The notes: generated from the sequence alone by a model not told the origin. Positions 1-10,119 are shown, numbered from the stretch's first letter. The stretch is 64,000 nucleotides of DNA from a virus (IMGVR_UViG_3300035670_000033:1-64000); one strand, 5' to 3'. Numbers and translations: made by a program.

Positions 1-161
1 TGTTTACTTATAAAATTATTACAACAAATATCCCTAATGTTTTTGGTATTTTAAGGTCAGATGGTTGCAGCATCCCGTCTGACCCTGATAACTCTGACTA
101 TCAGGTCTATCTAGCGTGGGTTGCTGAAGGTAATATTGCAGAAGAATGGGATAATAGTTAA
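1..161 (+). CDS. 5'-truncated small tail-associated protein
   Basis: Frame 3 is open to TAA at 159-161 and reads ...IPSDPDNSDYQVYLAWVAEGN..., a motif typical of small phage tail-associated proteins. Not in the ORF track. Confidence 0.7.
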   Translation, partial: FTYKIITTNIPNVFGILRSDGCSIPSDPDNSDYQVYLAWVAEGNIAEEWDNS

Positions 162-1301
162 ATGCCTCTCGCTTTCCCTTCTTCTCCTTCTAACGGTGAT
201 ACCTATACGGTTGGTGCACGCACATGGACGTGGAATGGTTCTATTTGGGAACTTAACGGAACTGCTATGGGTGTTGCTTCTGTTGGTGAAAGCGAACTTC
301 TTGCTGGTGCTGTAACTCAATCTAAACTTGCTTCCACTTTGAGTGGTGTCACTATTTGCACTTCTTCAACAAAACCTGCATCACCATTCACAGGGCAAAC
401 CATTTTTGAGACAGACACAGGTGTAATGAAGATTTATTTGGCTAATGGTTGGAGCAATGGCACTCAACATACTCGTGACATCCCCGTTGAGTATCTGATT
501 ATTGCTGGCGGTGGCGGTGGCGGTACGGTTCGTACCGGTGGTGGAGGAGGTGCTGGTGGATATCGTTCATCTGTGGCAGGTGAATCTTCTGGTCGTGGTG
601 CATCAGCAGAATCTGCAATTTCTCTTACTGCTGGAACTTCTTATACTGTCACGGTTGGTGCTGGTGGTGCATCAAGCGTAAGTGGTTCTAATTCTGTTTT
701 TGGTTCTATCACTTCTTTGGGTGGTGGTTTTGGTGGAACGGATGCTGTTTTTCAAACGACAAATGGTCGCGGTGCTAACGGTGGTTCGGGTGGTGGTTCT
801 CGTTCCAACAGTGCAGTCCCCTCTCCTGCTACTGGTGCTACTGGACAAGGTTTTGATGGCGGTTCATCAGCAGGTGGTGTTGGTCAATTAAAAGGTACTG
901 GCGGTGGCGGTGCTGGTGGTAACGGCGCAAACTACACAACGGATACTGGTGTAGGTGGTGTTGGTGTTGCATCATCCATAACAGGCACTTCCACTTTCCG
1001 TGCAGGTGGCGGTGGCGGTGGAAACTCAGGTTCGGGCAATCCTCTTGGCGGTAATGGTGGTGGCGGAAAAGGTGCAGACGTGACTAACGGTGGTGGTACT
1101 GCTGGTACAGCCAACACGGGTGGTGGTGGCGGTGGCGGTGGAGATTCATCTGGTGGTACTGCTGGTGGTTCAGGGGTAGTAATAGTTCGCTATCTCACAG
1201 CGGATGCCGTTGGTACAACGATCACTGGTGGCACAACTACCACATCTGGTTCTTACACCATTCACACATTCTTAGCATCGGGAAGTTTGGTTATCGCATA
1301 A
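162..1301 (+). CDS. Glycine-rich tail fibre/appendage protein
   Basis: N-terminal FPSSP.NGD...W.WNG module, TSSTKP..PFTGQ.IFETDT module, then YLIIAGGGGGG...YTIHTF Gly-rich domain. Confidence 0.75.
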   Translation: MPLAFPSSPSNGDTYTVGARTWTWNGSIWELNGTAMGVASVGESELLAGAVTQSKLASTLSGVTICTSSTKPASPFTGQTIFETDTGVMKIYLANGWSNGTQHTRDIPVEYLIIAGGGGGGTVRTGGGGGAGGYRSSVAGESSGRGASAESAISLTAGTSYTVTVGAGGASSVSGSNSVFGSITSLGGGFGGTDAVFQTTNGRGANGGSGGGSRSNSAVPSPATGATGQGFDGGSSAGGVGQLKGTGGGGAGGNGANYTTDTGVGGVGVASSITGTSTFRAGGGGGGNSGSGNPLGGNGGGGKGADVTNGGGTAGTANTGGGGGGGGDSSGGTAGGSGVVIVRYLTADAVGTTITGGTTTTSGSYTIHTFLASGSLVIA

Positions 1302-1588
1302 TGGCAATAGATTTCCCAAACACCCCAACAAACGGCGACACCTTTTCCGCTGGTGGAAAAAACTGGCAATACAACGGAACAGGATGGGTCCTTCAAGGTG
1401 TTGTCCCAACAATCCCGAACGCTTCAATAGGCTCCACCCAACTAGCCGACACTGCTGTGACAGCAGGTTCCTACACAACAGCAAACATCACAGTTGACGC
1501 TCAAGGCAGATTAACTGCCGCTTCTACAGGAAACGGTTTTGATGCGTTTGATGATCAAGTTTTTTTAGCAACACAAATATGGTCTTAA
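1301..1588 (+). CDS. Small tail-fibre-associated protein
   Basis: MAIDFPNTP.NGD..W.YNG module shared with neighbours; stop/start overlap with the previous gene. Confidence 0.65.
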   Translation: MAIDFPNTPTNGDTFSAGGKNWQYNGTGWVLQGVVPTIPNASIGSTQLADTAVTAGSYTTANITVDAQGRLTAASTGNGFDAFDDQVFLATQIWS

Positions 1589-1600
1589 CAGGAGAAAAAC

Positions 1601-1972
1601 ATGGCAACTTTAAGTAAATTAGCGTTACAACCAGCAGGCACAACAGGCGACGGTCTAGGTATTCTTGTCGCCGCTACAGCGACTGCTGGTACCGCAATTC
1701 ACACAGCGTCATCTACTGCTACAACCGTTGACGAAGTTTGGCTATACGCCTATAACAATGATTCTTCTTCTATTCTTTTAACCATTGAGTATGGTGGAGT
1801 CACTGCACCTAAAGATGTGATTAAACAAACCTTAACGGCACAGAATGGTTTGGTTCTTGTGGTCGCTGGTCTTTTGGTTCAAGGCAACGCAACACCGAAA
1901 GTTATTCGGGCATTCGCGGCTACAGCAAACCAAATATCAATTTTCGGGTATGTGAACAGGATAACCGCTTAA
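1601..1972 (+). CDS. Small beta-rich virion structural protein (putative)
   Basis: AGGAG RBS; Ala/Thr-rich; loosely similar to 4262..4600. Confidence 0.55.
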   Translation: MATLSKLALQPAGTTGDGLGILVAATATAGTAIHTASSTATTVDEVWLYAYNNDSSSILLTIEYGGVTAPKDVIKQTLTAQNGLVLVVAGLLVQGNATPKVIRAFAATANQISIFGYVNRITA

Positions 1973-1976
1973 ATAT

Positions 1977-2594
1977 ATGTCGGCTTTTGGTCTTCGCAGC
2001 AGAGTCAGTACAAGCATTGGTGCTTGGCTTGGTACTGGTTTGGGCACAACAGAGTTTGGCGACTTTGAATCTATTGCTACAACAACTGTAGGTGCAGGCG
2101 GAACCTCAACAATTACCTTCAGTTCTATTCCATCAACTTTCAAACATTTACAAATCAGATTTATTGCTCAGTCTAACCGCGCTACCTATGTTGATAATTT
2201 GGAAATGTACGTAAACGGTGACCAAAGTGCAAATTATTCCGTTCATTATTTAATAGGTGATGGAGTAAATACGCCAAGTAGTACTGGCGCAGCAGGTTCC
2301 ACTGGGTTTATATCTACTACTCAAAATTTGGGATCAAGTTCTGGTACAACAAATACTTTTGGCGCGGGAGTAATAGATGTTTTAGACTATTCCAACACGA
2401 ATAAGTACAAAACGCTACGTGGCTTTTGGGGATTAAATTTAAATGCTGCTGATGCTTCTGGTAGTTACGGTCGTCTAGGTCTATCTAGTGGCAACTGGAG
2501 AAACACAAATGCCATATCATCTATCACTTTTTATCCCACCCTCGGAACATCTTTCACCAACAACACACATTTTGCTTTGTACGGGATTAAATAA
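1977..2594 (+). CDS. Tail-associated beta-sandwich protein (paralog 1 of 3)
   Basis: TITFSSIPSTFKHL...NAISSIT...FALYGIK signature shared with the next two genes. Confidence 0.6.
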   Translation: MSAFGLRSRVSTSIGAWLGTGLGTTEFGDFESIATTTVGAGGTSTITFSSIPSTFKHLQIRFIAQSNRATYVDNLEMYVNGDQSANYSVHYLIGDGVNTPSSTGAAGSTGFISTTQNLGSSSGTTNTFGAGVIDVLDYSNTNKYKTLRGFWGLNLNAADASGSYGRLGLSSGNWRNTNAISSITFYPTLGTSFTNNTHFALYGIK

Positions 2595-3100
2595 TGCCAT
2601 CAACATATGAACCAATCTCAACACATACACTTCTTAGCGCCATAAACACCTACACCTTATCCAATATCCCTCAAACTTTTACAGATTTGGTTCTTGTCAT
2701 TGGGAGTATTCGTGATTCCGCTGCTGGTAGTTCTGTCGTTGCCATCCGCTACAACGGAGACACTGGCTCTAACTATTCTTGCTCTTACATCGGCGCCAGT
2801 GGTGCTGGTGGTCTTTATTCTGGTCGCAGAACAAACGATACGGGTATTTGGCTTGGTGGAATGTACCCACCTAGGGGAACTTTCCGAATCAATATCGCTA
2901 ATTACTCAAATTCAGCAACGAATAAAACTTCTCTTTCTAGACAAGATTTCTATGGCACAGCATATGAGGCTGTTGGTGCATATGTAGGTTTATGGCGTTC
3001 AACAGCCGCAATAACAAGTATTACCGTTTACAGTATTGACATATCCCCAAACTTTGATGTTGGTACAACTTTCACTCTTTACGGGATAAAGGCTGCTTAG
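2594..3100 (+). CDS. Tail-associated beta-sandwich protein (paralog 2 of 3)
   Basis: SNIPQTFTDL...STAAITSIT...FTLYGIK; coupled to the previous gene. Confidence 0.6.
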   Translation: MPSTYEPISTHTLLSAINTYTLSNIPQTFTDLVLVIGSIRDSAAGSSVVAIRYNGDTGSNYSCSYIGASGAGGLYSGRRTNDTGIWLGGMYPPRGTFRINIANYSNSATNKTSLSRQDFYGTAYEAVGAYVGLWRSTAAITSITVYSIDISPNFDVGTTFTLYGIKAA

Positions 3101-3102
3101 AC

Positions 3103-3612
3103 ATGGCTTTCACCCACATGCTCATTCAAACCCTAACGGCAAGTTCTGGTTCTGTAGCCAACTTTGAATTCACATCAATTCCACAAATTTACAAAGACCT
3201 ACTTTTCGTTGTTAGTGGTCGTGCGACAACCGATAATCCAACACTCCAAGTGTATTTCAACAATGACACAAACTCTGCTAATTACCAGTTCAGAACAATT
3301 GATGGCAATGGTTCATCTGTAGCAAATAATGCTGGGGCACAACCTTGGCTGATGCGTGTGACACCATCTAGTGCAACCGCAGGAATTTTTGGTAATGGGG
3401 TGATGTATATTGCAAACTATGCAGGTACTACATATCAGAAGTCTGTAAGTGCAGATTCGGTAACAGAAAACAACGGAACAACAGCATATAACGCATTTCA
3501 TTCTGGATTATGGTTATCCACCGCGGCGATAACGTCTATTAAGTTAGACCCATTTGGAACAGATTTTGCACAATATTCATCAGCATCCCTTTACGGGATT
3601 ACACCAAGTTAG
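3103..3612 (+). CDS. Tail-associated beta-sandwich protein (paralog 3 of 3)
   Basis: FTSIPQIYKDL...STAAITSIKL...ASLYGI. Confidence 0.6.
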   Translation: MAFTHMLIQTLTASSGSVANFEFTSIPQIYKDLLFVVSGRATTDNPTLQVYFNNDTNSANYQFRTIDGNGSSVANNAGAQPWLMRVTPSSATAGIFGNGVMYIANYAGTTYQKSVSADSVTENNGTTAYNAFHSGLWLSTAAITSIKLDPFGTDFAQYSSASLYGITPS

Positions 3613-3626
3613 GTTAGGATAAACAC

Positions 3627-3851
3627 ATGGTTAGCAAACTAGTAGTTGACTGTTCAACAGGTATCACAACAGAGGTAGAACTCACAGCAGAAGAGATCGC
3701 ACAACGCGAGGCAGACGCCTCCGCATATGCCGAAGCAGAAGCCGAGCGTCTAGCCGCGGAAGAAGCCAAAGCAGAAGCCAAAGCATCCGCAGAAGCGAAA
3801 CTGACCGCTTTAGGGCTGACATCAGAGGAAATCTCTGCTTTAACCCGATAG
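3627..3851 (+). CDS. Small helical tail-associated/chaperone-like protein
   Basis: ELTAEEIAQREA...LTALGLTSEEI pattern common in tail-fibre operons. Confidence 0.5.
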   Translation: MVSKLVVDCSTGITTEVELTAEEIAQREADASAYAEAEAERLAAEEAKAEAKASAEAKLTALGLTSEEISALTR

Positions 3852-3945
3852 CAGGCATATAACCCTTTCATCAGAAGGGTTATTAATGTGAGATAATTGC
3901 ACCACCACAAATACGTCTCACCCCATACCAACAAATTAGGTGAAA

Positions 3946-4260
3946 ATGGCTATAGATTTTCCCAACTCCCCGTCAAACAACGACCAATTCACCGTAGGTG
4001 CAACCACATGGAAGTACAACGGTTCACAATGGTTGATTATCGTTGGTGAACAAACCATTGCTACGGGATCCATCACTACTGATAAAATTGCTACCAACGC
4101 GATAACAGCGGCAAAGTTGGCGACAGGTGCAACGAACGACTATGTGCTGATGGCTGACTCGTCTGCCGCCGCTGGTGTAAAATGGGCAGACATACCACCC
4201 TCGGGAGGCTTGTCTACTACAACCGAAGGCGCAATTATGACAATGACTATAGGAGCATAA
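3946..4260 (+). CDS. Small tail-fibre-associated protein
   Basis: MAIDFPNSP module, paralogous to 1301..1588; ATG at 3946 preferred over GTG at 3940. Confidence 0.6.
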   Translation: MAIDFPNSPSNNDQFTVGATTWKYNGSQWLIIVGEQTIATGSITTDKIATNAITAAKLATGATNDYVLMADSSAAAGVKWADIPPSGGLSTTTEGAIMTMTIGA

Positions 4261-4261
4261 A

Positions 4262-4600
4262 ATGGCTGTTGGGGATAGGAATGAGGCACGACTCGGCGGC
4301 CCAGTCCAACTAGGAACTACGACCACGGTCATTGTCACGGCGGCGACTGGTTATGCCGACATCATTAAACAGGTTGTTATCTGCAATACCGACACCGCAG
4401 ACCGTACAGTAACTCTGGCTATCGGTTCAGCGGCTACAGCGGCAAACCGTTTGATGTCCGCTCTCCCAATTGGCGCTAACGACATCATGGTATGGGATAC
4501 CGCCATTGTTTTGGCGTCTGGAGAGACATTACAAGGTTTGTCCGATACTGCCGATAAAGTCACGGTAACTGCTGTTGGCTGGGAGAAACAAACCGCTTAA
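4262..4600 (+). CDS. Small virion structural protein (putative)
   Basis: In operon with a GGAG RBS; Ala/Thr/Val-rich beta protein. Confidence 0.55.
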   Translation: MAVGDRNEARLGGPVQLGTTTTVIVTAATGYADIIKQVVICNTDTADRTVTLAIGSAATAANRLMSALPIGANDIMVWDTAIVLASGETLQGLSDTADKVTVTAVGWEKQTA

Positions 4601-5577
4601 TGGCTCTTAGTTCTGCTTACGGTCTTGGTGGTTTAAAGCCAGGGGTTTGCACTAGCACAACACGCCCTGCTGCACCTTATATTGGTCAATGGATTTTTGA
4701 AACAGATACTAACTACTTAAAGGTTTACACTGCCTCTGGTTGGTCTACTGGAGTACGTCAAACAACTTCGTTTGTTGCTACATACCTAATAGTTGCAGGT
4801 GGCGGAGGCGGAGGCGGAGGTTACGGTGGAGGCGGAGGCGGTGCAGGTGGTTTATTAACATCTACAACAACACTTTCATCTGGAACGTATACAGTAACCG
4901 TTGGTGGTCCTGGTCCTGGTGGGTCCACTGCTAGTAGTGGAACTGCTGGTAATAACTCCATATTTGGAACAATTACCGCTACTGGTGGTGGTTTTGGTGG
5001 TGTAGGAAACGATGCGGCTGGCTCTGTAGCAGGTGGTAACGGAGGTTCAGGTGGCGGTGGCGGTGGTCGTGGCGGTAGGGCTGGAGGTTCTGGAACAGCA
5101 GGTCAAGGTTTTGCAGGAGGAACTTCACAAAGTGGTGACACTGGAAGCACAAGCAAAGGTGGAGGCGGTGGCGGTGCTAGTGCTGTAGGTGCTGGTCCAA
5201 CTTCTGTTGGCGGTGTTGGTGGTGCTGGAAGTGCATCATCAATTTCTGGTTCATCTGTTAATTATGCAGGAGGTGGAGGTGGCGGTGGTGACGGGCTTAA
5301 CTACACAGGTGGCGCTGGAGGAGCAGGTGGAGGTGGTCGTGGAGGTAACGCAGACGCAGGTGTTGCTGGAACAGTAAACACTGGTGGCGGTGGCGGTGGC
5401 GGTTCTTACACTGCTTCTGCAAACACAGTAGGTGGCAATGGTGGCTCAGGTGTTGTAATTGTTCGTTACTTGACCGCTGATGGTGCAGGTAAAACGATTA
5501 GTGGTGGAACAATTACAACATCAGGTACAGACACTGTTCATACGTTCACATCCTCTGGTAGTTTGGTGATCGCATGA
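4600..5577 (+). CDS. Glycine-rich tail fibre/appendage protein
   Basis: CTSTTRPAAPYIGQ.IFETDT module plus YLIVAGGGGGG...HTFTSSGSLVIA domain. Confidence 0.75.
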   Translation: MALSSAYGLGGLKPGVCTSTTRPAAPYIGQWIFETDTNYLKVYTASGWSTGVRQTTSFVATYLIVAGGGGGGGGYGGGGGGAGGLLTSTTTLSSGTYTVTVGGPGPGGSTASSGTAGNNSIFGTITATGGGFGGVGNDAAGSVAGGNGGSGGGGGGRGGRAGGSGTAGQGFAGGTSQSGDTGSTSKGGGGGGASAVGAGPTSVGGVGGAGSASSISGSSVNYAGGGGGGGDGLNYTGGAGGAGGGGRGGNADAGVAGTVNTGGGGGGGSYTASANTVGGNGGSGVVIVRYLTADGAGKTISGGTITTSGTDTVHTFTSSGSLVIA

Positions 5578-5735
5578 CCATTTCTGCTACGACACAAGGA
5601 CAGAAGTCTGGTGTTTGTACTAGTAGCACACGCCCACAAGCACCATACATTGGACAAATGATTTACGAAACAGACACCAACTTGTTGAAAGTTTGGTTGG
5701 GTTCTGCATGGTCGTCAGGACAGTCTCTGTTATGA
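5574..5735 (+). CDS. Stand-alone N-terminal fibre module (53 aa)
   Basis: MTISATTQGQKSGVCTSSTRPQAPYIGQMIYETDTNLLKVWLGSAWSSGQSLL*; ATGA overlaps at both ends; below the ORF-track cutoff. Confidence 0.7.
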   Translation: MTISATTQGQKSGVCTSSTRPQAPYIGQMIYETDTNLLKVWLGSAWSSGQSLL

Positions 5736-6700
5736 CAGTCACAGCAACCACTCAAGGCATTAAGCCCGGTATTTGTACTTCAACGAATCGCCCTGCAAAC
5801 CCGTATTTGGGTATGGTTATTTTTGAGACTGATACCAGTAAAATGCGTGTTTGGTTGGGTTCAGCATGGTCAACAGGGTATACACACAGCACAAATATAA
5901 ATATTGATTATTTGGTAGTTGCTGGTGGTGGTGGTTCTGGTGGTTCATATGGACAAACAGGAAACTATGCTCTTGGTGGCGGTGGCGGTGGCGCTGGTGG
6001 TTATAGAGCAGGTTCATCTCTACCAGTAACATCTGGTGTCACATATACGGTTACTGTTGGTGCTGGTGGTGTTGCTGGCGTTGCTGGAACCAACAGTGGC
6101 AGAGGTGGCTTAGGTGGGGATTCTGCATTTAGTACAATAACTTCTGCTGGCGGTGGCGGCGGAGGCTTGGCTGCTACTGGTGCTCAATCAACTGCTTCTG
6201 GTTCTGCTGGTGGTTCTGGTGGTGGTGGGTCTGCTAACTCAAGTGGCGCCCAGGGGTTGGGTGCTGCTGGAACTTCTGGTCAAGGATTTGCGGGAGCAGA
6301 TGGCGCAATTGGCACATTCGGTTCGGGTGGCGGCGGTGGCGGTTCAGGTGCTGCTGGTTCTGTTGGTAGTACCACAAACACAATTGGTGGAGCGGGTGGT
6401 GCAGGGACTTCAAATAGTATTTCGGGTTCTCCTGTAACTTATGCTGCTGGTGGTACTGGTGGTCGTTCAGGTGGTTCAGGAACTAATGCAACAGCAAACA
6501 CTGGCAATGGTGCAATTGGCAGAAATATACCAGCCAACTCATATGACAGCACTGGTCATGCTGGAGGTTCAGGTATCATTGTTTTGCGTTATTTAACTGC
6601 TGATGCTACTGGTCTCACCATTACTGGTGGCACCAAGACTACTGCCGATGCTTATACTATTCACACATTCACTAGTTCAGGAAGTTTGGTGGTTGCCTAA
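5732..6700 (+). CDS. Glycine-rich tail fibre/appendage protein
   Basis: Same architecture as 4600..5577; likely start is ATG 5732 within track ORF 5693..6700. Confidence 0.75.
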   Translation: MTVTATTQGIKPGICTSTNRPANPYLGMVIFETDTSKMRVWLGSAWSTGYTHSTNINIDYLVVAGGGGSGGSYGQTGNYALGGGGGGAGGYRAGSSLPVTSGVTYTVTVGAGGVAGVAGTNSGRGGLGGDSAFSTITSAGGGGGGLAATGAQSTASGSAGGSGGGGSANSSGAQGLGAAGTSGQGFAGADGAIGTFGSGGGGGGSGAAGSVGSTTNTIGGAGGAGTSNSISGSPVTYAAGGTGGRSGGSGTNATANTGNGAIGRNIPANSYDSTGHAGGSGIIVLRYLTADATGLTITGGTKTTADAYTIHTFTSSGSLVVA

Positions 6701-7668
6701 TGCCTCTTAGTTCCGTTGTCGGCGCACAGTCAATTGTTAAACCTGGTGTCTGCACCTCTACGACTCGCCCTGCGTCACCTTACACAGGTCAAATGATTTA
6801 TGAGAGCGACACAAACAAGTTGCGTTTGTGGAACGGTAGTGCATGGTCAACAGTCACGCATGGTGTAATTCTTCCAGTTGAATACCTTATTATTGCTGGC
6901 GGTGGTGGCGGTGGATTTGATGTTGGTGGTGGTGGCGGTGCAGGTGGATATCGCACCAATGTCGCAGGCGCCACTTCAGGCGGTGGTGCTGGTGCCGAGG
7001 CATCAATGAACATCACCACAGGAACATACACTGTTACCGTTGGTGCTGGAGGAGCAAAATCTTCAAGCAGTAGCGCAGGCTCAACGGGTGGAAATTCCGT
7101 ATTCAATGCTCTTACTTCCTTTGGTGGCGGTGGCGGAGCATCATACCCACCCGGTGGTGGCGTAGTCGCAGGTGCATCTGGTGGTTCTGGCGGTGGCGGT
7201 CATGGCTACGGCTGGACTAGTGCTGGTGGAACAGGAGCAGTAAATCAAGGTTTTGCTGGTGGTGCGACTATCGGTATTGGGTCTAACAATGGGGCGTATG
7301 TTTCAGGTGGTGGTGGTGGTGCAGGCTCTGTAGGTGTGACTGGAACCAATGTTGGTGAAACTTCATCCGTGGCTGGTGGTGTTGGAGTTGCATCGGCAAT
7401 AAATGGGACAAACACAACACGAGCAGCGGGTGGTAGGGGCTCAGGAAACAGTTACACAGGGCAAACAACCCCAGCAGCGAATACGGGTAGCGGTGGAGAC
7501 GGCGGCGGAACAGGTGATTCTGCGACAAACGGTGGTTCCGGTCTTGTTATTGTCCGATATTTGACTGCTGACGCATCGTTGCTTACCGTCACTGGCGGAA
7601 CCGAAACAACATCTGGCTCTTATACGGTTCACACATTCACTACAACAGGAAGTTTGGTAGTTGCATAA
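6700..7668 (+). CDS. Glycine-rich tail fibre/appendage protein
   Basis: Fourth paralog with the same N-module and Gly-rich domain. Confidence 0.75.
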   Translation: MPLSSVVGAQSIVKPGVCTSTTRPASPYTGQMIYESDTNKLRLWNGSAWSTVTHGVILPVEYLIIAGGGGGGFDVGGGGGAGGYRTNVAGATSGGGAGAEASMNITTGTYTVTVGAGGAKSSSSSAGSTGGNSVFNALTSFGGGGGASYPPGGGVVAGASGGSGGGGHGYGWTSAGGTGAVNQGFAGGATIGIGSNNGAYVSGGGGGAGSVGVTGTNVGETSSVAGGVGVASAINGTNTTRAAGGRGSGNSYTGQTTPAANTGSGGDGGGTGDSATNGGSGLVIVRYLTADASLLTVTGGTETTSGSYTVHTFTTTGSLVVA

Positions 7669-7847
7669 TGCCCGCACCTATTGATTTCCCTAACTCCCCG
7701 TCCGCTGGAGATGAATACGTAGCAGGCGGTAAAGTCTGGCGTTACCTTGACGGTTCATGGAAACGTTTCCCACAAACCCTTTCCGACGGTGGATTCGCTG
7801 ACACACCACTCAATAACTCTTTCGTAGACGACGGTGGAAGCGCATAA
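7668..7847 (+). CDS. Small protein carrying the IDFPNSP module (59 aa)
   Basis: MPAPIDFPNSPSAGDEYVAGGKVWRYLDGSW...DDGGSA*; TAATG overlap with the previous gene. Confidence 0.65.
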   Translation: MPAPIDFPNSPSAGDEYVAGGKVWRYLDGSWKRFPQTLSDGGFADTPLNNSFVDDGGSA

Positions 7848-7935
7848 AGCCATATCGTTGAAATAGAAAACCGTAATACCCCTGTAAACCCAAAAAGATA
7901 GTATTATAGGTGTAAAGCCAATCTGGAGATAACCA

Positions 7936-8976
7936 ATGACAACTAGACGAATATTGATTCGTAGGGACACGGCAGCGGCTTGGACGGCGGCTAACCCCAC
8001 CCTCGCGTCTGGTGAACTAGGCGGAGAAACCGACACAGGGAAACTTAAACTCGGCGACGGTTCCACAGCATGGAACAGCCTCGCCTATCAAGGCGGAGTT
8101 ACCTCAGTGAACGGTAGCACGGGTGTGGTAACGGGGATCGCCACAACCGCTGACCCTACTTTCACAGGAACAGTTGTTTTACCTTCTACTACCTCTATCG
8201 GAAATGTCACCTCAACGGAAATCGGTTATCTAGATGGTGTCACTTCGTCAATTCAAACCCAACTCAACACGGTTGCACCTTTAGTAACCCCTGTAACCAC
8301 TGTTTCTGATGCCTCATACACTTTGGTGCTTTCTGATGCAATCAAATATATAAGTTTCACTAACGCCAATGCGATCACATTATCTGTGCCACTTAACGCA
8401 AGCGTTGCTTTTGCGGTAAATGACTGGATAGATTTCACAACCACCACATCACCAGTGATCGTTAGCCCTGTTGCTGGTGTTACGGTCAACAAGTCGGCAG
8501 GTCAATGGCTTGTTGTGATGCCACATCAAAAAGCCAGATTAACAAAAACAGGTACCGATGTTTGGCAGTTGATTGTTAATTCATTTCCGTCATCTTTTAT
8601 TGAACCGATCGCTGTTAGCGCAACTGGTGCAACAGGAACAATTGATATTGATTTCGCTGTGAATGCTTCAATTTTGCGTACTGGTGATGCAACAGGAAAC
8701 TTTGTTCTCAACATTAGGGGCACTTCAACTACCGCAATGAACGACATTTTGGCTGTTGGTGAAGTAGCGACCGTAACATTTATGGCAACAATGGGATCCA
8801 CACCGTATTATGCGACCGCCTATCAGGTTGATGGTGTAGCAGTCACCCCGAAATGGCAGGGAGGTACCGCTATTTCGGCAGGTCAGGCTTCCTCAATTAA
8901 CATGTACACGATCACACTTATCAAGACTGCCTCAGCAACGTATACGGCGTTTGCAAGCATGACAAAGTTTGCGTAA
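7936..8976 (+). CDS. Tail fibre protein with hyaluronidase/Mtd-type N-terminal domain
   Basis: IRRDTAAAWTAANPTLASGELGGETDTGKLKLGDGSTAWNSL is the classic phage fibre N-terminal motif. Confidence 0.75.
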   Translation: MTTRRILIRRDTAAAWTAANPTLASGELGGETDTGKLKLGDGSTAWNSLAYQGGVTSVNGSTGVVTGIATTADPTFTGTVVLPSTTSIGNVTSTEIGYLDGVTSSIQTQLNTVAPLVTPVTTVSDASYTLVLSDAIKYISFTNANAITLSVPLNASVAFAVNDWIDFTTTTSPVIVSPVAGVTVNKSAGQWLVVMPHQKARLTKTGTDVWQLIVNSFPSSFIEPIAVSATGATGTIDIDFAVNASILRTGDATGNFVLNIRGTSTTAMNDILAVGEVATVTFMATMGSTPYYATAYQVDGVAVTPKWQGGTAISAGQASSINMYTITLIKTASATYTAFASMTKFA

Positions 8977-8985
8977 GGAGGAGTA

Positions 8986-9942
8986 ATGCCGTTTCTTAAT
9001 AGAATCGGGCAAGGTAGTTCCCGTAGGTTTGGTTTTTCAAAGATCCTTCGTTTAGCGGCTTTCTTTGATGCGTTCACTCGTTCCAATAACGCAAGTGCTG
9101 TTGGTGGTGATGCTCCTTGGGTGGCTACAAGCGGAACTTGGGGTATTTCAAACAACAATGTTGTTACTAGCACCGCGGCTGGTTCATATCCTCTGTTAAC
9201 TTTTGATGCTTTGTCAACAGATTCTGTTGTGAAAGCGACCCTTCCAACTACGAAGTCGGCGGGAGCAGGTGTTGCTTTCTGGGTGACAGATAATGATAAT
9301 TGGTGGGCGGCAATAGCAGATAAAACTGATTACAACGCTGCACCATACAACTGTCCTACGAACGGAACGAACGTTGCTGTTGTGAATAACTCAACTGGGA
9401 ACTGTTCTTACAATACGACTGGCGGTGGACCGTATCCTGCGGTTGGTGGCGGACCTTATGGAGCCTGTGCGTGTAACGCTGGAACTGTATTTGGTTGTGG
9501 TTGCTTCTATTATTATGAAAACCCACCTAACTGGTGGACTTTTTCTCATCCAGCCTACGGGTACACACAGCCAGCACCATACAACTATTATGTTCAAAGC
9601 GCACCATACAACTACACCCCAACAACATATGCTGGTGTGCCAACTCCATGGAATCGTTCACAGATTAAGGTCATCAAAAAAACGGCGGGCACAGTTTCAA
9701 CCGTGAGCACCACACAGGTAGGTGACGCAACATCCAGCCAGTATTTGACTTACATTCAGGCACAAACAACAGCGAACGGTGCAACAGTAACAACAGCGTT
9801 AAGTTCTGCACCCAACACCGCGATAACAGCACCCGCAATATCAATCGGAACACCAATCCCTGCAACAAAGTTTGGAATTGTTTACGCTCCTGCTACAAAC
9901 AATGCGAGTTCAGCCATAGTCCGTTTTGACTATAATGAATAA
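8986..9942 (+). CDS. Tail-associated protein with a Pro/Tyr/Cys-rich insertion
   Basis: Beta-rich body interrupted by APYN x3, GGGPY x2 and CACN..GCGC; strong AAGGAGG RBS. Confidence 0.55.
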   Translation: MPFLNRIGQGSSRRFGFSKILRLAAFFDAFTRSNNASAVGGDAPWVATSGTWGISNNNVVTSTAAGSYPLLTFDALSTDSVVKATLPTTKSAGAGVAFWVTDNDNWWAAIADKTDYNAAPYNCPTNGTNVAVVNNSTGNCSYNTTGGGPYPAVGGGPYGACACNAGTVFGCGCFYYYENPPNWWTFSHPAYGYTQPAPYNYYVQSAPYNYTPTTYAGVPTPWNRSQIKVIKKTAGTVSTVSTTQVGDATSSQYLTYIQAQTTANGATVTTALSSAPNTAITAPAISIGTPIPATKFGIVYAPATNNASSAIVRFDYNE

Positions 9943-9951
9943 GGATTAAAA

Positions 9952-10119
9952 GTGCTTAGTAAAGAAAAAGTGGACGAGCGACTTTCAATATGTAGGGGAT
10001 GTGAACGGTTTTTTCGTTTCACCTCTACTTGCAGAGAGTGCGGTTGCTTTATGACTATCAAAACACAAGTCGCATCAGCGTCTTGTCCACTAGGAAAATG
10101 GAGTAAACATGGCTCATAA
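9952..10119 (+). CDS. Six-cysteine miniprotein (DUF6171-like), copy 1
   Basis: GTG start; MLSKEKVDERLSICRGCERFFRFTSTCRECGCFMTIKTQVASASCPLGKWSKHGS*; not in the ORF track. Confidence 0.75.
   Translation: MLSKEKVDERLSICRGCERFFRFTSTCRECGCFMTIKTQVASASCPLGKWSKHGS

Noticed and set aside
500-7560. GGT/GGC-rich tracts as DNA repeats or Chi-like sites
   Set aside because: Fully explained by glycine codons in the fibre genes.
162-9942. Diversity-generating retroelement acting on fibres
   Set aside because: No reverse transcriptase and no template/variable repeat pair differing at adenines was seen.
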